A stretch of 64,000 nt of DNA from Mobula hypostoma. Taxonomy: Eukaryota. Position numbers and translations under genes: made by a program. The DNA is taken from NCBI RefSeq assembly GCF_963921235.1, contig NC_086097.1, forward strand, positions 179,244,001-179,308,000. The letters are read 5' to 3'. The notes under the pieces were generated by a model that saw only the letters and a list, made by a program, of their open reading frames with translations, did no database searches and was not told where the DNA came from. Shown one piece after another: positions 1-13,802 of the stretch (the stretch's first letter is position 1; every line of letters begins with the position of its first letter).

Positions 1-875
1 ACCTCTTTCCCAGACCACATTTAGCACCCACTGTCCAGAGGGTGAAAGGACATAGTCTTTTTCCCAGGGGTAGTAGTTGGCTGCTAATATAAGGGGCATA
101 GGTTTAAGGTCAGAGGTGGGAGATTTAAAGGGATGTCAGTGCAGTTTCTTCACACAAAGGTTGGTGTACATTTGGAATGAGCTGCCGGAAATAGTAATGG
201 ACGAGGCAGATACAGCACATTAGCAACATTTAAAAAAAAATCTGTTAAGTATATGGATAAGAGAGGTTTAGAGGGCTATGGGCCAATTGCAGGCAGATAG
301 GACTAGCTCACTGGGCAGCATAGTAGGCATGGACTAGTTGGGCTGAAGGGCCTGCGCCATTCTCTGACTTTGTGATCTTGTATACCTCTATCAGTTCACC
401 CCTCAAACTCCTACATTCCAGGAAATCAAGTATTAGTGTGTGAAATCTCTTCTTGTCATGAGGGCCCCCACGTCTGGGCAACAAACTGGTAAATTCTTTC
501 TGCACTCTAGATCTGGGAGGGTGTTGGTGGGAATCTGGGGAGAATAAAATGGGGTTAATGTAGGGTTGGTGTAAATGGGTGTTTGATGGTTGGCAGAGAT
601 GTGTAGGGCTGTTTCCCTGCTGTGTGACTGTCATTAACAGTGACCATGTCCGACAATCAGATTGTTGTGAAAACACACCTGGTGCCATGATGTTCTTCAG
701 AATGAGAAAGCTACTCTCTACCTGGTCTGGACGACATGTCACACCAGACCCACCAATATGCTTGAATCCTAACTGCCTGTTCAGCCTGAGACACTGTAAT
801 GGACAATATTGCTGTATCACCAACTAATAAAAATGGATAAGTTCACTCAGGCCAAACCCAAGCGTCAGGTAGTCG

Positions 876-1461
876 CACACACAAAATGATGGAGGAACTC
901 AGCAGGCCAGGCAGCATTGAGGGGGAAAAAGTACAGTCAACTTTTTGGGCCAAGACCCTTTGGCAGGATTGGAGGAAAAAAAGATGAGTAGATTTAAAAG
1001 GTGGGGGAGAAAAGAGAGAAACGCAAGCTGACAGGTGAAACTGGGATGGGGAGGGATGAAGTAAAGAGAGTAACGGGTCTGGGTAAGCACGTGGTTGAAG
1101 AGTCGGAGAGCAGCCGAGATCACAGAGGGGAAGCAGTGAAAAAGTTTCACTGAACTCCTGTCGAAGGGAAGGTTTAAACTTCTTCAGGGTAGGTATCCCT
1201 GGAAGAGACTTCACAGTATAGTAATCCAATCACAAACGAGAAAATCTGCAGACATGGGAAATTCAAGCAACGTGCAAAAAATGCTGGAGGAATTCAGCAG
1301 GCTAGGTAGCATCTTTTTTTCCCTCCAGTCCTGCCAAAAGGTCTTGGTCCGAAATGTCGACTGTACTTTTTTCCATTGATGCTGCCTGGCCTGCTGAGTT
1401 CCTCCAGCATTTTGTGTGCGTTGCTTGGATTTTCAGCATCTGCAGATTTTCTCTTGCTTGT
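876..1461. mobile_element. Penelope-like element terminal repeats (tandem plus inverted copy)
   Basis: Recurrent motif ACACACAAAATGCTGGAGGAACTCAGCAGG. About 82-bp inverted repeat 1232-1313 / 1378-1461 encloses a degenerate hammerhead motif. Confidence 0.75.
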
Positions 1462-1823
1462 CATCAGGTAGTTGATTATTATTGTCATAGGGACTGAGAT
1501 AGAGTGAAAAGCTTTTGTTTTGCATGCCATCTGCATTGGTCTTTCCATCTATTAGAACATTGAGGTAAACAGAATATGGAGTTTTTTATGCAGAGGAAGT
1601 ACAGTGCAGGCAGATGCAAGGTCAGTGACAGAGTAGATCAAGAGTTACTTTTTACCATCAGAGAGATCCATTCATGCAACTTCTTTGAGGTCACCTTTCA
1701 TTCTCCTGTGCTCCAAGAAATAAAGATGCAGGGTTGCCAACCTTTGCCTATTACTCATTTCCTCTTTTGAAATTGGTTTATTATTGTCACATGTACCAAC
1801 ATTCAGTGAAAAGCTCGAGGAAG

Positions 1824-2395
1824 ACACACAACATGATGGGGGAAACTCGACAAGTCAGGCTGCATCTGTGAAGGGAAATAAATGGTTGATGTTTTGGGCT
1901 GTGACCCTTCATCAGGACTGGAAAGAAAGGGGGTAAAAGCCAGATTAAGAAGGGAGAGGAATGAGGACAAACTAGCAGGTGACAGGTGAAACAAGAGGAA
2001 GGTGGGTGGGTAGGGAAGGAAGAATGATATAAGGAGCAGGGAGGTGAGAGTTGGAAGAGATAATGGGCTGAAGGCAAAGAAATCTGCTAGGAGAGAGCAG
2101 TGGACCATGGAAGAAAGGGGAGGGGGGGAACCAGAGGGAAGTGATAAGCAGGTGAGAAGAAGAAAAGGGGTATGACAGTAACCAGAGTGCGAAATGGAAA
2201 AAGAGAAGTGAGGGGGAGAAATTACCATAAACTGGAGAAATCAACGTTCATGTTAACAGATTGGAGGCTACCCATGTGGAATATGAGGTGTTGCTGTTCC
2301 ACCCTAAGTATGGCCTCATCATGGTAGTACAGTAGGCCATGGACAGAAATGTGAGAATGGGAATGGAAAATTGAATTGAAATGGGTGACCTGGAT
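1824..2395 (-). mobile_element. Penelope-like element 3' end (GIY-YIG C-terminus plus terminal repeat)
   Basis: ORF 2222-2593(-) ends HSHSHISVHGLLYYHDEAILRVEQQHLIFHMGSLQSVNMNVDFS, like PLE endonuclease C-termini. It is followed by a pyrimidine-rich tract and the terminal repeat with a hammerhead motif. Confidence 0.75.
1883..1920 (-). ncRNA. Minimal hammerhead ribozyme motif (partly decayed)
   Basis: Minus strand CAGTC-CTGATGA-A-GGG tcacag CCC-AAAA-CATC-AACCA. CUGAUGA is intact; GAAA>AAAA and GUC>AUC are consistent with CpG decay. Confidence 0.6.
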
Positions 2396-3019
2396 TGCAT
2401 GCCCTTCATTACAGATCAAATTGTTACACAGTGCATTGATGTAGAACAAGGGGAAATAATAATAGAATGTAGATGTCAGTGTAACAGTTTCAGAAAAAGA
2501 GCAGTGCAGGTAAATAATGTGAAAGATCAAAATGAGGTAATTTGTGAGGTCAAGAGTCCATCTTAACATAATAGGGAACCATTCAGTCGTCATATAACTG
2601 CAGGATAGAAGCTTGTCCTTGAGCCCAGTGGTAAGTGTATCTTCTGCTCATTGAGAGAGGGGAGAAGACACAATGACCGAGGTGGGTGGGGTCTTTGATT
2701 ACAAGGCAGTGGCAAGTGTAGTCAGAGTATTAGGAGGGGCTGGTGTGTGTGATGTGTTGATACAAATATTCACAAAGAATGCGTAAGCAATAGATAAGTA
2801 AATGTGGAAATCTCCAATGTGGAACAATATAGCTCTGGAGTACAGCTTGTAAAAGAAAACAAAATTAGAACAAAAAGACAAGGTCCATTATAGTGGAGAG
2901 TGGTCTTAGAGATGCTGTACTTTAATAATTAGGATTATGCAGGTTGGTTCAAGAAGTGAATGGTTGAAGGGAAATAGCTGTTCTTGAACCTGGTTGTGTG
3001 GGTCTTCCGGCCTCTGATC

Positions 3020-4905
3020 TCAAAGTTCAAAGTAAAGTTATTATCAAAGAACATAGATGTCACAAGATACAACCCTGAGGTTAATTTTCTTACAGGCATA
3101 CACAATGACCATAATAGAATCAAGGAAAGACTGCACAAACAGGGCAGATAACCAGTGTGTGAAAGACAACAAACTGTGCAAATATAGAAAGATATGATAA
3201 TAAGTAAGCAATAAATATCGAGAACATGAGATGAAAAGTCCTTGAGAGTGAATCCATAGGTTGTTGGAACAGTTCAGTAATGGGGCGAGTGAAGTCATCC
3301 TCTCTGGTTCAGGAGCCTGATGTTTGAGGGGTAGTAACTGTTCTTGAATCTGGTGGTGTGAGTCCTGAAGCTCCTGTACCACCTTCTTGATGGCAGCAGC
3401 GAGAAGAAAGCATGTCCTGGGTGGTGGGGGTCCCTGATGATGGATGCTGTTTTGCTGCGATAATGTTCTGTGTAGATGTGCTCAAAGGTGGGAAGGGCTT
3501 GACCTGTGATGGACTGGGCCATATCCACTACTTTTTGTAGGATTTTCCATTCAAGGGCATTGGTGATCCATACCAAATGTTGATGCAGGCAGTCAATATA
3601 CTCTCCACCACACATCTATAAAAGTTTGGCAGAGTTTCAGATGTCATGTTAAATCTTTGCAAACTTGCATGCTGGGCCCAGGACAGGTTCTCTGAAATTA
3701 TAACACAGAAATTTAAAGTTGCTGACCCTCTCCACCTCTGATCCCTCAATGAGGACTGGCTCCTGGACCTTCGGTTTCCTCCTCCTGAGATCAATAATCA
3801 GCTCCTTGGTCTTGCTGACATTGAGTGGGAGATTGTTGTTGTAGCACCACTCATACAGATTTTCAATCTCCCCCCAGTATGCTGATTTGTCACCACTTTT
3901 GATTCAGCCTATGACAGTGGTGTTGTCAGCAAACTTAAATATGACATTGGAACTGTGCTTACCCTCTTAGTCTTCAGTTTAAAGTGAGTAGAGAAGGGTC
4001 AAAGCACACAGCCTTGTGGTGTACCATGCTGATGGAGATCGTGGAGAAGGTGTTGTTGCCAATCTGAATTGACTGGGGTCCACAAGTAAATAAAATGAGG
4101 ATCCAATTGCACAAGGAGGTATTGAGGCAATTGATTAGTTTTGAGGGCATGATAGTATTGAACGCTAAGCTGTAATCGAGAAAGAGCATCATGATATACA
4201 CATCCTTGCTGTCAAGATGTACTAGGGTTGAGTGAAGACCAATGAAATGGTGTCTGCTGTGGACCTGTAGCTCCTGTGGGCAAATTGGAGCAGATCCAAG
4301 TGGGTTTACAGGCCGACGTAGATACGTTTCATCGCTAACCTCCTAAAACACGTCATCACTGTGGACATAAGTGCTTGCTGGACGATAATCATTGAGGCAA
4401 GTTACCATGTTCTTCTTAGACACCAGTATAATTGAAGCCTATTTGAAGCAGGTGTGTACCTTGGACTGCCAGAGTGAGAGGTTAAAGATCTTAGTGAACG
4501 CTCCAGCCAGTTGATCAGCATGGGTATTTTGTACTCAGCCAGGTATCCTTTCTGGGCTGGATGCTTTCCGTGGGTTCGCCCTGCTGAACAATGCTCTCAT
4601 GTTGGCCTCAGACTGGAATCACAGGAGTACTGGAGATTGGGAGTTCGCGGTGGTTCCTCCGTGTTTTGAATGTCAAAGCGAGCATCAAGATCATCTGGAA
4701 ACAAAGCCCTGTTGCCACCCATATTGCTTGATTTATCTTTGAAAGAGGTGATAGTATTCAAGCCCTGCCACAGCTGTTGAGTATCCTTCTTTGAATCAAG
4801 TTTTATCTGGAATTGCTACTTTGCCCATGAGATGGCTTTCTGGAGACTATATCTGGACCTCTTGTACTTTTCTTGGTTGCCAGACTTGATTGCCTCCTGC
4901 ATTAT
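3020..4905 (-). mobile_element. Rex1/Babar-type LINE, decayed RT and 3' tail
   Basis: Fragments YIMMLFLDYSLAFNTIMPSKLI, IISENLSWAQH and RTHTTRFKNSYYP. Boundaries approximate. Confidence 0.85.
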
Positions 4906-6089
4906 GGTACCTGCGAGTAGATGGCTTGGTTGGGTTGATGGATGTTGCCGCCTTGAGACAGCGCCTCCTGTGGATACTACTGATAGTGGGGTGGGATGTG
5001 CCTCTGATGTATTGGGCAGGCCACTTCTCTCTACTCCTGGTCTCTGTGTTCCTTAAAAAAAAACAACCATGCCTTGTAAATCTTATTTAAAATTGACCCT
5101 TTGCCCTCTTCTATTTGACATTTCTACCTTGGGGTATGGAGGGGTATCTCTGCTTATCTTATCAATGCCCCTCGTAATTTTATATATTTCTATCAGGAAT
5201 TAAATTACTAGGAACAATTAAACTCCAACAGGGAGAAACTCTATCTTTGGCCAAGGATAAATCTCAGTGCTAGTAATTTAACCTTATTAGACAGTTAAAA
5301 GAAAATTAAAATATTTGGGTGAATCGCTCCTTGACAAGCTGAGTCCAAATTTGGGCAGCTCTAAGCCATTTTCAGGCCCTTTGTGTTGACACAGAGACAC
5401 CTGGAGATGCTTGTGTGAGGAATATGGAAAATATAGCAGCATTTTCCTGACATCCTTGATAGGGGTTCCAAGTGAGAGGGTGAAGTTCTAAAGGGGATCT
5501 GAGGGGAGCATGAGTGCTTGATGTCTGGAGTGCATTGCTGGAAGAATTGGTGGATTTGGATAGAAAGTAAATTTAGCATCTAAGTTCAGTACATATATGT
5601 TACCATAAGATTCATTTTCTTACAGGTATTCACAGTAAATACAAAGAAACACTATACAATCAATGAAAAACAGCACACAAGACGGACAAACAACCGATGT
5701 GCATAAAACAACAATCTGCGCTAATAAAAAAGAATATAAAAGCAGAGAATATAATAAGTAAATAAACTATAATATCAAGAACATGAGATGGAGTCCTTGA
5801 AATTGAGTCCATAGGCTCTGGGAACAACTCAGTACCGAGGTGAGTAAAATTATCCCCTCTGGTTCAAGAGCCTGACGGTTGAAGAGTAATGACTGTTCCT
5901 GCACCTCCTTCCAACACTACAAAAAGTTTATTATCATCGGCATATGTATTTCCAGGGCGCAAATGCTGCTTTTTGCGGTACAGTACATTATGAAGTGTAA
6001 ACCATAATTTATGTAAATTTAAGTTACCATATTATGCATAACTTACATAATAGAATCACAGCAATAACCATAATGACTTTGAAGCAAGT

Positions 6090-7110
6090 TATAGGAAATA
6101 TTGTCTAAGGAGGTGTTACGGTTTTTCAGGTGGATTCAAGAACCTGATAGCAGTGGGAAGAAGCTGTTGTTGAATCTTGAGTGGGTCTTAGGTTCCTGTA
6201 CATCCTGCCTGATGGCAGCATCGAGAAGAGGGTGCGGGCCAGACGTTGGAGGTCTGTGATAATGGACATTGCTCTTGTGTACATCCTGTGTTGGGGAGAG
6301 CTGTTCTTGGGGTGGAACTGCCTGAGTCCACTGTCTCATGTTGGAGTTTCTGTACCAGTTGTGAAGTAACTAGCCAGAATGCTCTTCACTATACAGCTTT
6401 AGAAGTTTGTAAGAGTTTTGGTGACATGCCAAATATCCTGAATCTCCTAAGGAAATACAAATGCCTGCACACCTTTTTCATAGTTGCATCTGCCATGGAC
6501 CAAGGATGAGTCCTTCAAGATGCTGGCACCCAGGAACTTGAAGCTGCTCACCCTTCCCACTGCTGATTCTTCGATAAAGACTGGTGTGTCCCCCCTTCAA
6601 CTTCCCCTTCCTGAAGTCACAAGCAGTTTCTTGGTTTGGCTGATATTCAGTTCAAGATACTTGTGACACCATCAACCAGTTGCTGTATTTCACTCCTATA
6701 CAGCTCCTTGTTGCTACCCGTGACTTGATTCTGCCAGCAACAGCGGCATCTTCGATGAATTTGTAGATAGCAATTTGGAGCTGTGTTTAGCCTCATGTTC
6801 ATGGGTATAGAGAGAACAGAAGAAGCGCATGGGCCTGTGGTGTTGCTGCGTTGGTGGTCAGTGAGGAGGAGATGAGGTTTCTGATTGTGCTGATTGAGAT
6901 CTTCCAATGAGGAAGTCGAAGAGCCAACTGCAGAGGAGGGTTACAGGCCTTGTAGCTTGGTGATAAGTTCTGAGGGGTTGACAGTTTTGAGTCAGTGAAC
7001 AGCAGCTTGTTCTGGTTGTCCAGATAATCCAGAGCAGAGTGGAGAGCCGGTGAGATAGTGTCTGCTGTAAACCTATCGCGGTGATAGGCAAATTGGAGTG
7101 GGATTCTGGG
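6090..7110 (-). mobile_element. Rex1/Babar-type LINE fragment
   Basis: PLQFAYHRDRFTADTISPALHSALDYLD and SRFNNSFFP. Boundaries approximate. Confidence 0.8.
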
Positions 7111-7229
7111 ACATTTAGTTAAACATTTGTTCAAGCAAGGCAAAGAAGGTTATGGATTTAATGCAGGCAAACGGGATTAGTGTAGATGGAGAGTGGGGGG
7201 GGAAGTAGGGGGTAGGGGAAGAATCACAG

Positions 7230-7780
7230 TTTTATCCGACAAAGGGGAAGAAGCTGTTCCTAAAAGGTTGTGGGTCTTCAGGCTCCTGTATCACATCCCT
7301 GATGGCTTGTCCCAGATGGTGAGGGTCCTTAATGACGGATGTTGACTTCTTAAGGCACCGCCTCTTGAAGGTGTTTGTTTTAGTGGGAATGGTTGTGCCT
7401 GTGTTGGACTTGACTGAGTCTACAAGCCACAGCAGCCTCCTGTGATCCTGTGCACTGGAGTCTCCGTTACCAGACAGTGATGCAACCATTCAAGGTGCTC
7501 TCCACTCTACATTTATAGACACTTTTTTTGGAGTCCTTGGTGATGTACAAAATCTTCTCAAATTCCTAATGAAGTAGAGCCACTGATGTGCCTTCTTTGT
7601 GATTGCATCAGCATGTTGGGCCCAGGATAGATGCTGACGACAGGGAACTTGAGGCTCCTTCTCTTGTACTAATCCTTTCTGCCCCGACCCCTCATTGAGG
7701 ATTATTGAGTATTCTCCAGAGTTCCCCTTTTTGAAGGCCACCATCAAATCCTCAGTTTATACTGGCGCTGAGTGTGCAAA
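7230..7780 (-). mobile_element. Rex1/Babar-type LINE 3' fragment
   Basis: LSWAQHADAITKKAHQWLYFIRNLRRF and FRNSFFP. Confidence 0.75.
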
Positions 7781-8959
7781 TCAGCATGATGGGCTGAAGG
7801 ACCTGTTTCTGTGCTATTTTGCTCTGACTCCATGATAAACACCTCCTTCAGCCTCAAGATTGTGCTCCGATTCACGCTGTGATAACGCCAACCACTTCCA
7901 ATGGTACATGAAGGGAGCACTTAGGGTCGAGGGTCCAAGGACCCCTGAAGGTGGCAGCACAGGTAAAGGTGGTGAAGGAAGCACCTGAGAATAGTTACCT
8001 ACATTAGTTGGGGGATAGAATATAGGGGCAGAGAAGTTAAGTTATAATATTGCAAATGCTGTGAATCTGGTGTCCAGAGGAATGTTCTCAAGCCTGAATG
8101 TACTGTAAATTGGTAAATAAATGGGTTTATCATTGCCACCTGTACTGAGGGGCAGTGAAGAACTTGTCTTGCAGACCCTCCAAACAGATCAATTCAGTAC
8201 GCAGTGTATTTGATTAGTGCAAGAGAAAGCAATAACAGAATGCAGTATAAAGTGTTACAGAGAAAATACAGTGCAGACAGACAATAAGGCCTTGACAAAT
8301 TAGATTGTTAAGTCAAGTCCATCTTACTGTATTAGGGGGCCATTCACTAGTCACAACAGTGAGGTAGGAGCTGCGTTTGAGCTTGTTGGTATGTGTCTTC
8401 TGCCCAGTGGGAAGGTGGTGAAGAGAGAATGTCTGGGGTGGATGGGAACTTTGATTTTGCTCTCTTCTTTACCAATGCAGCAAGAATTATAGACAGGGCC
8501 CATGGAGGTGAGGCTGGTTTCCGTGATGTGCTGAACTATGTCCACGAGCCTCTGCAGTTCCCTCCACCGATGCTGCCTGACCGTTGAGTTCCTCCAGCAG
8601 CTTCTATGTTGATTGAGGTTATAGTATAAGTTTATAAGACCTTGGTCAAGCCACTGTTGGAGTGTTGTGTATAGGTCAGGTTGCCGCACTGTAGGAAGGA
8701 TGATGAGCGACCAGGGCAGGGTAGTAGATGTTATCTTTCAGCCTGGCTGTCCATAGCATGCAGGGCAGAACACTTGCACTGCTGGTGATTTCCATTTCAG
8801 GGTTTGGGATATGGCTGTGCCTTCACTTGCATCTGACTGTAGTGTTAAAGTCACTGTTGGAGGTTTACGTATGTCAGAAGGTCAATCCCCGGAGGAGGCC
8901 ATTCAGCCCTTCAGTATCATGGCTGATCGGATTTTGAACATGTCTCTAGTTTTCTGCCA

Positions 8960-9275
8960 TTTTTATTTATTCATTTACGGGATGTGGGAGTAACCAGTTA
9001 AGCCAGCATTTATTGCCCATCCCTAGTTGCCCTTGAGAAGGTGGTGATGAGCTGCCGCCTTGAACCGCAGCCGTCCCTGAGATGTAGGTACACCCACAGT
9101 GCTGTTAGGGAGGGAATTCCATGATTTTGACCCAGCAACAATGAAGGAACAGCAATATGTTTCCAAGACGGGATGGTGAGTGACTTGGAGGGAGATTTCC
9201 AAGTGATGGTGTTCCCAGGTATCTGCCGTTCTTGTCCTTCTAGATGGTATTGGTCATAGATCTGGAAGGTGTACC
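8960..9275 (-). mobile_element. CR1/L2-like LINE 3' end
   Basis: Minus strand ends CTTCTCAAGGGCAACTAGGGATGGGCAATAAATGCTGGC, resembling elasmobranch LINE/SINE tails as recalled. Family not resolved. Confidence 0.55.
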
Positions 9276-10029
9276 TTGTAATCTTGGTCAACAGATCAAA
9301 GGCCTATCATCTGCCTTGCCACTCTTGGACAAAGAATTCCAAAGATTCTTGATGCTCTGGGAGAAGAAATTTCTTGTCACCTTAATCGTGTTCTCCTAAT
9401 TCAAGATACCTTCCAGAATTTACTTTGTCAATACCCCTCAGAATCTTATAGGCACAATCTACTTGCTCGTTCTCCAAATAATCATGTACTTCACTTGTGC
9501 CACAGCTGCTTTTAAAGATGCTTTCAGGAGAGGTTGGACCACCTTGGGTTGTTTTCCCAGGAACGGCTGAGGGGAGACCCGACAGATGCCTATAAAATTG
9601 TGAGAGGCATCAACAGTGTACATAGCCAATATCTTTTTCCCAGAGTCAAAATGTCTAAAACCAGATGCTGTGCATTTAAGGTGAGGGGGGAGGGGTAAGC
9701 TCAAAGCTGATGTGTGCTGCAAGTTTTATTTCACACGGTGTGGTGTGGTCAGGATAACACTCCCGGGGTGGTGCTGGGGGCAGAAACGAGAGTCGTGTTT
9801 TTGGGGGTCTTGGGTAGGCATATGAAAATGGAGGGATCGTATGTGCAGACAGCAGGGATTAGGCATCATTAGCTTACCCCTAATGCAGCTTTTTGAAGCA
9901 AATGAATGGTGGGGCTGTTGCCACACAATAAATCCTGGGACCCCCCCCCCCCCCCGGGAGCACTGAGGGTCAGAGGGGCCTCAGTGTAAAAGGTCCCTCC
10001 AGAGAGCAGCACAGGTGGATATAATGGAT

Positions 10030-10790
10030 TGTTACATACGTTATCGATGGCAGAGAATGTGGCAGATGGAATTTAACTTGGACAAGTGTGAAGTGATGCA
10101 CTTTGGGAAGTGCAGGGGACAGAATGCTGAGCCGTGGGCAGTGTTGTAGAACAGAGAGATCTAGGAATACAAGTCCATAGGTCCCTGACAGTGGTCAAAC
10201 AGGTAGACAGCATGGTGACAGAAGCAACTGGCACATGTGCCTTCATCAGTCAGGACACTGAGGTCAAGCGTTAGGACATCACGTTAAAACTCTACAAAAT
10301 GTTGGTGAGACTCCAGCTGGAATATTGTCTGTGGTTCTGGTTGCCTTAATGGAAGGGTGTGATTAAGATAGTGGGGGTATAGAAAAGATTCACAGGGATC
10401 TTACTGGGACTGTTTTCTCTGGAGTGTAGGAAGCTGAGGAGTGACCTTATAGAGGTCATGAGGAGCACAGATAACATGGATTGTCAATCTTTTTCCCAGG
10501 GTAGTAGAGTCTAAAACAGAGGGAAAAGAGTGAAGGTGGAAAAGGAAAGATTTAATAAAGAATCTGACGGGTAATTATTTTCAATCAAAGGATAGCGAGT
10601 AGATGGGACAAACTGCCATAAGAAGTGTTAGAGTTGTGTACAATTAACTTTAAAAAATATTTTAGTATTTTAATTTTTAGGGGAGATTAAGAGGAATATG
10701 GACCAAATACAGATAAATGGGACTAGTTCAGGAAGATACCTTGGCCAGTATCGATGAATTAGGCTAACGGGCCTGTCTGTTCTGTGTAAC
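10030..10790 (+). mobile_element. CR1 LINE 3' fragment, decayed
   Basis: WQMEFNLDKCEVMHFGK at about 10059-10110, then decayed ORF2 C-terminal motifs and the CR1-type 3' UTR shared by many copies in this window. Confidence 0.8.
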
Positions 10791-11241
10791 CCATGATGTG
10801 GTTACACTGGAAAGGGTGATGAGATTCACCAGGATGTTACCGAGGAAGGAGTATTTAGTTAGGAGGAGAGACTGAATGGACTTGGGTTTGTTTTCTCTGG
10901 AGTGTAGGAGGTTGAGGAGAACTTTTTAGAGCTGTACAAATCCTGAGTGGCATAGATAGGGTAGATAGTGGGGAACTTCTCTGCTTTGAAGAAACAGACA
11001 ACATGAAGTTGGTGGACTTGAGGATAACGTAGAAGGTTGCCGTAGGTTGCAAATGGACACTAATGGGATGCAGAGCTAGGCTGACAAGTGACAGATGAAG
11101 TCCAGTCCAGAAAAGCATGAAGTGATACACTTTGGAAAGTCAAGTTGGAAGGCAAAGTACAAAGTTAATGGTCTGTTCCACCTTATCGCCTGCCCGTCAT
11201 GTAGAGTTTGATGTTCAAACGTGATTTGTTTTGAAGCGTAG

Positions 11242-11368
11242 ATGGAAGGGCAGCGGTATGCTGAGGACCAGTTGCTTTACCAGGCTCGGAATGGAGACTT
11301 GACTGGAATCAGACAGTTACTGGAAGAATGCAAAGATGGAAAGGTGACTCTCAATATCAACTGTAAAG
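11242..11368 (+). CDS. OSBPL1A: ORP1L-like gene, coding exon 1 (start codon; first ankyrin region)
   Basis: Manual translation MEGQRYAEDQLLYQARNGDLTGIRQLLEECKDGKVTLNINCK(G) resembles the ORP1L N-terminus as recalled (EQQLLHHARNG...DINCKG). Donor G|GTGAGT, phase 1. Confidence 0.88.
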
Positions 11369-13802
11369 GTGAGTTTTCCTAAAACACCATCTTATTCCTC
11401 ACCCTGTCATGTCCGTTCTTTACTTATGATTTATTATTATAATTGCAAGTAGTTGTTGATGAATGTGGGAGGTCATGAACAGTGCGGTCCAAGGGGAGGC
11501 CATTCAGCCCAGGCTCATCATGTTGGTACGTCCAAAAGTTTTCTAGGCTTTGCAATTACATGGTTGGACCAGTACAGATTATTAATGTTCACCCCTCTGC
11601 ACCTGAAGCTCTCAATCTCATCAATGCTGATAGAGACAGAAACGTGCATTGCCCCACTTTCTGATGTCAGTGACCAGCTCTTTATTTTGGCTGACGTTGT
11701 GGGGAAGGTTGTTGATATGGCACCATGTCATTAAGCACTCCGTCTCCTTGCTGTACTCTGATTCATCAATATTTGGGATGTAGTCCACGACTTTTGTACC
11801 ATCTGCAAACTTGTAGATGGAGTTAGATCAGAATTTTGACATGGAGGTGTGAGCGTACAGAGAGTAGATTAGCGGGATGAGGACGAGGCCTTTAAATAAT
11901 CATGGCGAAGGTGTTGCTGCCTATCCTTATCAATTTGCAGTCTGTTGGTCGGGAACTAATAAGGAACTGAGAGAGGGTTATTCTCCCATCAACACACTTT
12001 TTCTTCTCTATGGCTGGTGGGTCACATCCGGTGTGGAACAAGAAGCCTTTCATGTAGTGAGATGATAGAAGAACTGAACAAAACCCTCTAGCTCTCAGAT
12101 GTGAGATTTCTCTTGATCTCTTGGCCTGCTGCCAACTTGGAGAGTTCTAGATTCCCACTGGGATGTCTAAGAGGAAAGAATTCTGGAATCCCGCTTTCTG
12201 ATGTCACCTGTGGCTGGTGGGTCTGGGGGGGAATGGTAGTGTGGTGGTTCTGTTGAAGTTATTGAATCACACAGCATAGAAGCAGGCTCCTTGGCCCTCC
12301 GTGTCCATGACAACTATCTGGGCCAATTACTGGACAAACAAGACCATTGATCCAGGCCATGGGTCTGAATCCCCTCAGAACAGTTGGAGGGGGTTAAATC
12401 TGAGTAACGAAAGCTGGATTTTAATTTATGTTGTCTAATTAATCAACCGGTCTGCACGTCTTTGGGCTGAGGATGGAAACCCATGCAGTCGCAGGGAGAT
12501 TGTGTAAACCCCACACAGACAGCACTGGTGGTCAGGCTCAAAATCAGATCCCTGGAGTGTCAGCTGGATGTTACAACTGCTGTCACCCCCTCTCCTCTGC
12601 TCCAAAAAGGCAAATTCAGGCAATCCAATAGTTGCTTGTGGCTACATTTTTCCATTCCAAAAAAAACATCCTGATAAATTTCCTTTGCACCCTGACCAGT
12701 GCAACTAGATCCACCTTATAGTGTGGTGACCAGAACTGTATAAAATGCTCAAACTGTGCTCCACTGAGGCCCTCATTTGTTGTCCTGAAATGCAAAACCT
12801 CGTACTTGGACAAATTAAACTTCATTAACGATTCCTCAGCCCATTTGACCAGCTGATCAAGATCCCCCTCTAAATCCTGCTTTTGTGTTCTCTTGTTATT
12901 GGATCTGTCTTAACCACTTCCTCTGGCAGCTCACTCCATGTACTCGCCATCCTTTGTGTTTAACAAGAAAGGTTGCCTCTGAAGTTCCTATTTACTCTGA
13001 TCCCTCTCATCTTAAAACAAATGCCCTCTGGATTCTCTAACCCTGAGAAAAAGACACTGCAAATTCACCCGATATATGCCCTTCATGATTTTATACAAGT
13101 CTATTAGATCACCTGTCTTGTCTCATAGAGTCAGACAGCTTGAAAAGAGGCATTCCTGCCCGAATCGTCCACACCAACTGTGTTGCCCAGCAAACTCATC
13201 CCATCTGCCCACATTTGGCCCATAGACCTCTAAAACTCTCCTATACATGTACTTACCTTAATGCCTTTTAAATGTTGCTATTGTGCCCACTTCAACCACT
13301 ACTTCTGGCAAAAGTTCTTCCTGAACTCACTATAAAATCTTTGGCCACTGATGTTAAACCTATGCAGTTTTTGTTATAGCACCTCCCCCTTTCTGGGGAA
13401 AAGACTATGTACTTTTACCCACATGATCTTACACTCCAAGGAATAAAAGAGTGGTGGACATATGCAAAGAGCAGCCAGGTGAGGTGGTAGAGGTAAGTAC
13501 AATAGCATTTAAAGGTAATTTGGGCAGGTACCTGGATAGGAAAGATTTAGAGGGATTAAGGGGTAATTTCAGATGGGATTAGTTTGGATGGGCATCTTGG
13601 TTGGTATAGATTATTTGGGCTGAAGGGCTTGAGAATGCTGTATGAGTCTGAGAGAGCAATAAAAAGGTGTACTGAGAATGTTAGGATGTTGAAGGGAACC
13701 AGAAACTTTGGTTCAGAGTCTGTGTCTGAGCTGTAAGTGCTTCTGTAGTATTCACACAAGGTGGATTTCTCAAACAGTCGCACAAATAGACACATAGAGC
13801 AT

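Noticed and set aside
686..790. C/D box snoRNA (ATGATG...CTGA)
   Set aside because: The C box is imperfect (ATGATGT) and there is no convincing terminal stem.
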